DNA of 62,895 nt, the filler included, from Bigelowiella natans CCMP2755 (lineage: Eukaryota; Protista; Cercozoa), in the NCBI GenBank assembly GCA_000320545.1. It is 7 parts of 7 records of this genome, joined end to end, with 100 filler letters (N's around TTAATTAATTAA, not from the genome) between each part and the next. Parts side by side here need not be neighbours in the genome. Positions count along the whole stretch, not along the records: positions 59,905 to 61,256 come from ADNK01003717.1; positions 61,357 to 62,895 come from ADNK01000054.1; 5 more parts are not named here. One strand, written 5' to 3'. Shown here piece after piece: positions 60,946 to 62,895 of the stretch. A program made the position numbers and the translations under genes. The notes beneath the pieces are model-generated. The model ran no database searches. It was not told where the DNA came from and saw nothing but the letters and a program-made list of their open reading frames with translations. How positions within the stretch are numbered: the first letter of the stretch is position 1; the number at the start of each line of letters is the position of its first letter.

Positions 60946-61784
60946 TATTGATATAAATTAGTTAAACCCAAAAAAAAGGAATTGTCAGTGCGTTGCCGCA
61001 TCTCCGAATTCAAAATCGGAGAAATGAAATTCGCGAGCCCCCCCCCCCCCCCCCCCGCCCCCCAACCTTTTTTCGGAAGAACTTTATGGACGTTCCCCAG
61101 GGCAAGGGACTACCCACAATTTGGAAGGGTCCAATTGCGGGCGCGCCGCCCCCCGGCCCCAATTCCCTCCCGCTGCCGTTTTGCACAAACCCTTTTTTTA
61201 TTCCAGGGGGAAAATGTTTGGAGTGGGAACATTATTATTAATATCATTGGAGTAGCNNNNNNNNNNNNNNNNNNNNNNNNNNNNNNNNNNNNNNNNNNNN
61301 TTAATTAATTAANNNNNNNNNNNNNNNNNNNNNNNNNNNNNNNNNNNNNNNNNNNNAAAAGAGTAATCGTTAACAGTGGGAGAGGGGGTACTCGAGCCGT
61401 CCAGATCCTTCTGTTTTGGTCTCGTTTTTCCCCGAACTTCGATGTTTTCTGGGAGGAGCAGGAGGAGCAAGGCATCTATCAAAACCAAGTTGCTTCTCCA
61501 GTTTGGAAGAGGTGCAGGTCATACGTGGGGGCGTCGGTTGTGGGGCTGTGGCAACTGAAAAACTACTCTAGTCCGAGATAGTTCAGATAAAATAATACGC
61601 CCACAATATCTAACAAATTGGGAAGAAGGGGGGGGGGAGAGTAGGAGTTGTAACTTGGGGAAAAAGGAAATATTGAACGCCTCTTTAATGAATTCAGGGC
61701 GCAAAAGAAGAGTGAGCTTCTCAGCCAACACATGCTTCGGCATGCATGTCTATGACGTGTACGTGCGCGCGTGTGTGTGCGCGC

Positions 61785-61830
<46 letters not shown>

Positions 61831-61981
61831 GACTTTTGATTTGTTATTTGTTAACTCCTGATAATATCCGTCCCCTCTCTCTCCCTCTCTCTCTCTCTCT
61901 CTCTCCTTCCTCCTTCCTAACCACTGTTGTTATTGTTATTAATATCATAATTAGTTTTATTATAATTATTATAATTATTAC

Positions 61982-62791
61982 CTGTCTGGATCCACACTCG
62001 CTAACGTACCAGATGCTACTAAAGGCCCCAAAACATCGGTGGCAGGATACCCAATCTTCACAGCCGTGTTGTTATTGTTGTTGTTGTTGTTTAAATTCTC
62101 CCCTCCCGACTCATCAGAGGAGGCCGGGGGAAGCTTATGAGCTCGGAACATCAGCACCGTTGATGACGTTACCAACATACGACAGTAGATTGAGGCAAAC
62201 GTCCATACACCTGCGCGTAAAAGGAGAGAAATGCTGGGGAAGTTGTTCGCTGTAGGATTCATCGGAGCCCATCAGGAAGAGGGGGGGGGAGGCTAAAAGT
62301 GCACTACCGGTTCGGAAATAGCGATCTGTCTTGAATTTAGAGCTCTTGCAGTCCTGTGTGTCACAATCGATTGATGATGATGATGATGATGATGATGATG
62401 ACGATGATGATAACGTAAGGAAGGTGAGAGACATGATGACGATGATAGATATGGTAAGCAGTGACTGATGTTTCTGTTCTCGGAAGTTGTTAATAATGAT
62501 GATTATGATGATGATAATGAGTTTGAATGATGCTCTACATAAAACAAATATTATGCCTACAACAAATGCTCTCTCAACGACCTCAAGTCTTCTCCTCCTT
62601 CCCTCATAATGCAATCGCATCTTATCTCTCTCTCTCTCTCTCTCTCTCTCCCCATCTTCATCATCATCGTCATCGTCGTCGTCATTTTTCCACATCAAAT
62701 CACACTTGAGAATAGATGGGGCGAGCGGTGAATCGTCGAAATCCAACGGAAAAGTGCATAGGAGCTTTAGCTTTGAGGGGATAATTGTCCT
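61982..62791 (-). CDS. TSR1: TSR1 pre-40S assembly factor, internal exons (5' end beyond the window)
   Basis: YPLKAKAPMHFSVGFRRFTARPIYS|DCKSSKFKTDRYFRT|GVWTFASIY...|PLVASGTLASVDPDR matches the TSR1 GFRRF...P.FS and SVDPDR motifs. Confidence 0.8.
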
Positions 62792-62895
62792 GAAGAGAAG
62801 AGAAGGACACGCATACATGAGTACGGTATGTTGTGTTTTCATTATCACTTGTTACTGCGGCAAAATACTACACACCACTTTCTTACTAATTCCCC

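Noticed and set aside
60960-61256. Homopolymer-rich odd sequence next to gaps (also 57264-57500)
   Set aside because: Looks like low-quality read ends after microsatellites or poly-C.

Overview
Intron-rich eukaryotic (protist-like) nuclear DNA from a draft assembly with six 100-nt N gaps, each holding a TTAATTAATTAA linker. The lineage cannot be fixed from the sequence alone. Most ORFs in the track are microsatellite artefacts, so genes were rebuilt by eye from GT-AG exons and exon boundaries are approximate. From left to right: a Ty3/Gypsy LTR retrotransposon (5' LTR, PBS, gag-pol with a 1-nt frameshift before RNase H), MMACHC/CblC (-), a class I-type PI3K with N-terminal WW and degenerate FYVE domains (+), MCTS1 (-), TYW1 3' part (+), V-ATPase subunit c (-), NAA38-like LSm (+), a thioredoxin-fold protein (-), two hypothetical genes (+, -), an SH3 protein (+), an Mpv17/PMP22-EF-hand fusion (+), methylthioribose kinase (+), a SCaMC/SLC25A24-like carrier (-), an FSH1-RWD-Obg GTPase fusion (+), and partial 5'-nucleotidase, MINDY deubiquitinase and TSR1 genes. 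The most striking non-coding pattern is that ten consecutive genes alternate strand. Head-to-head spacers are short and transposon-free. Tail-to-tail spacers are TpG/CpA/CTAG-rich islands, and each carries a ~90-bp two-hairpin mini-Helitron-like element that I saw nowhere else in the window.
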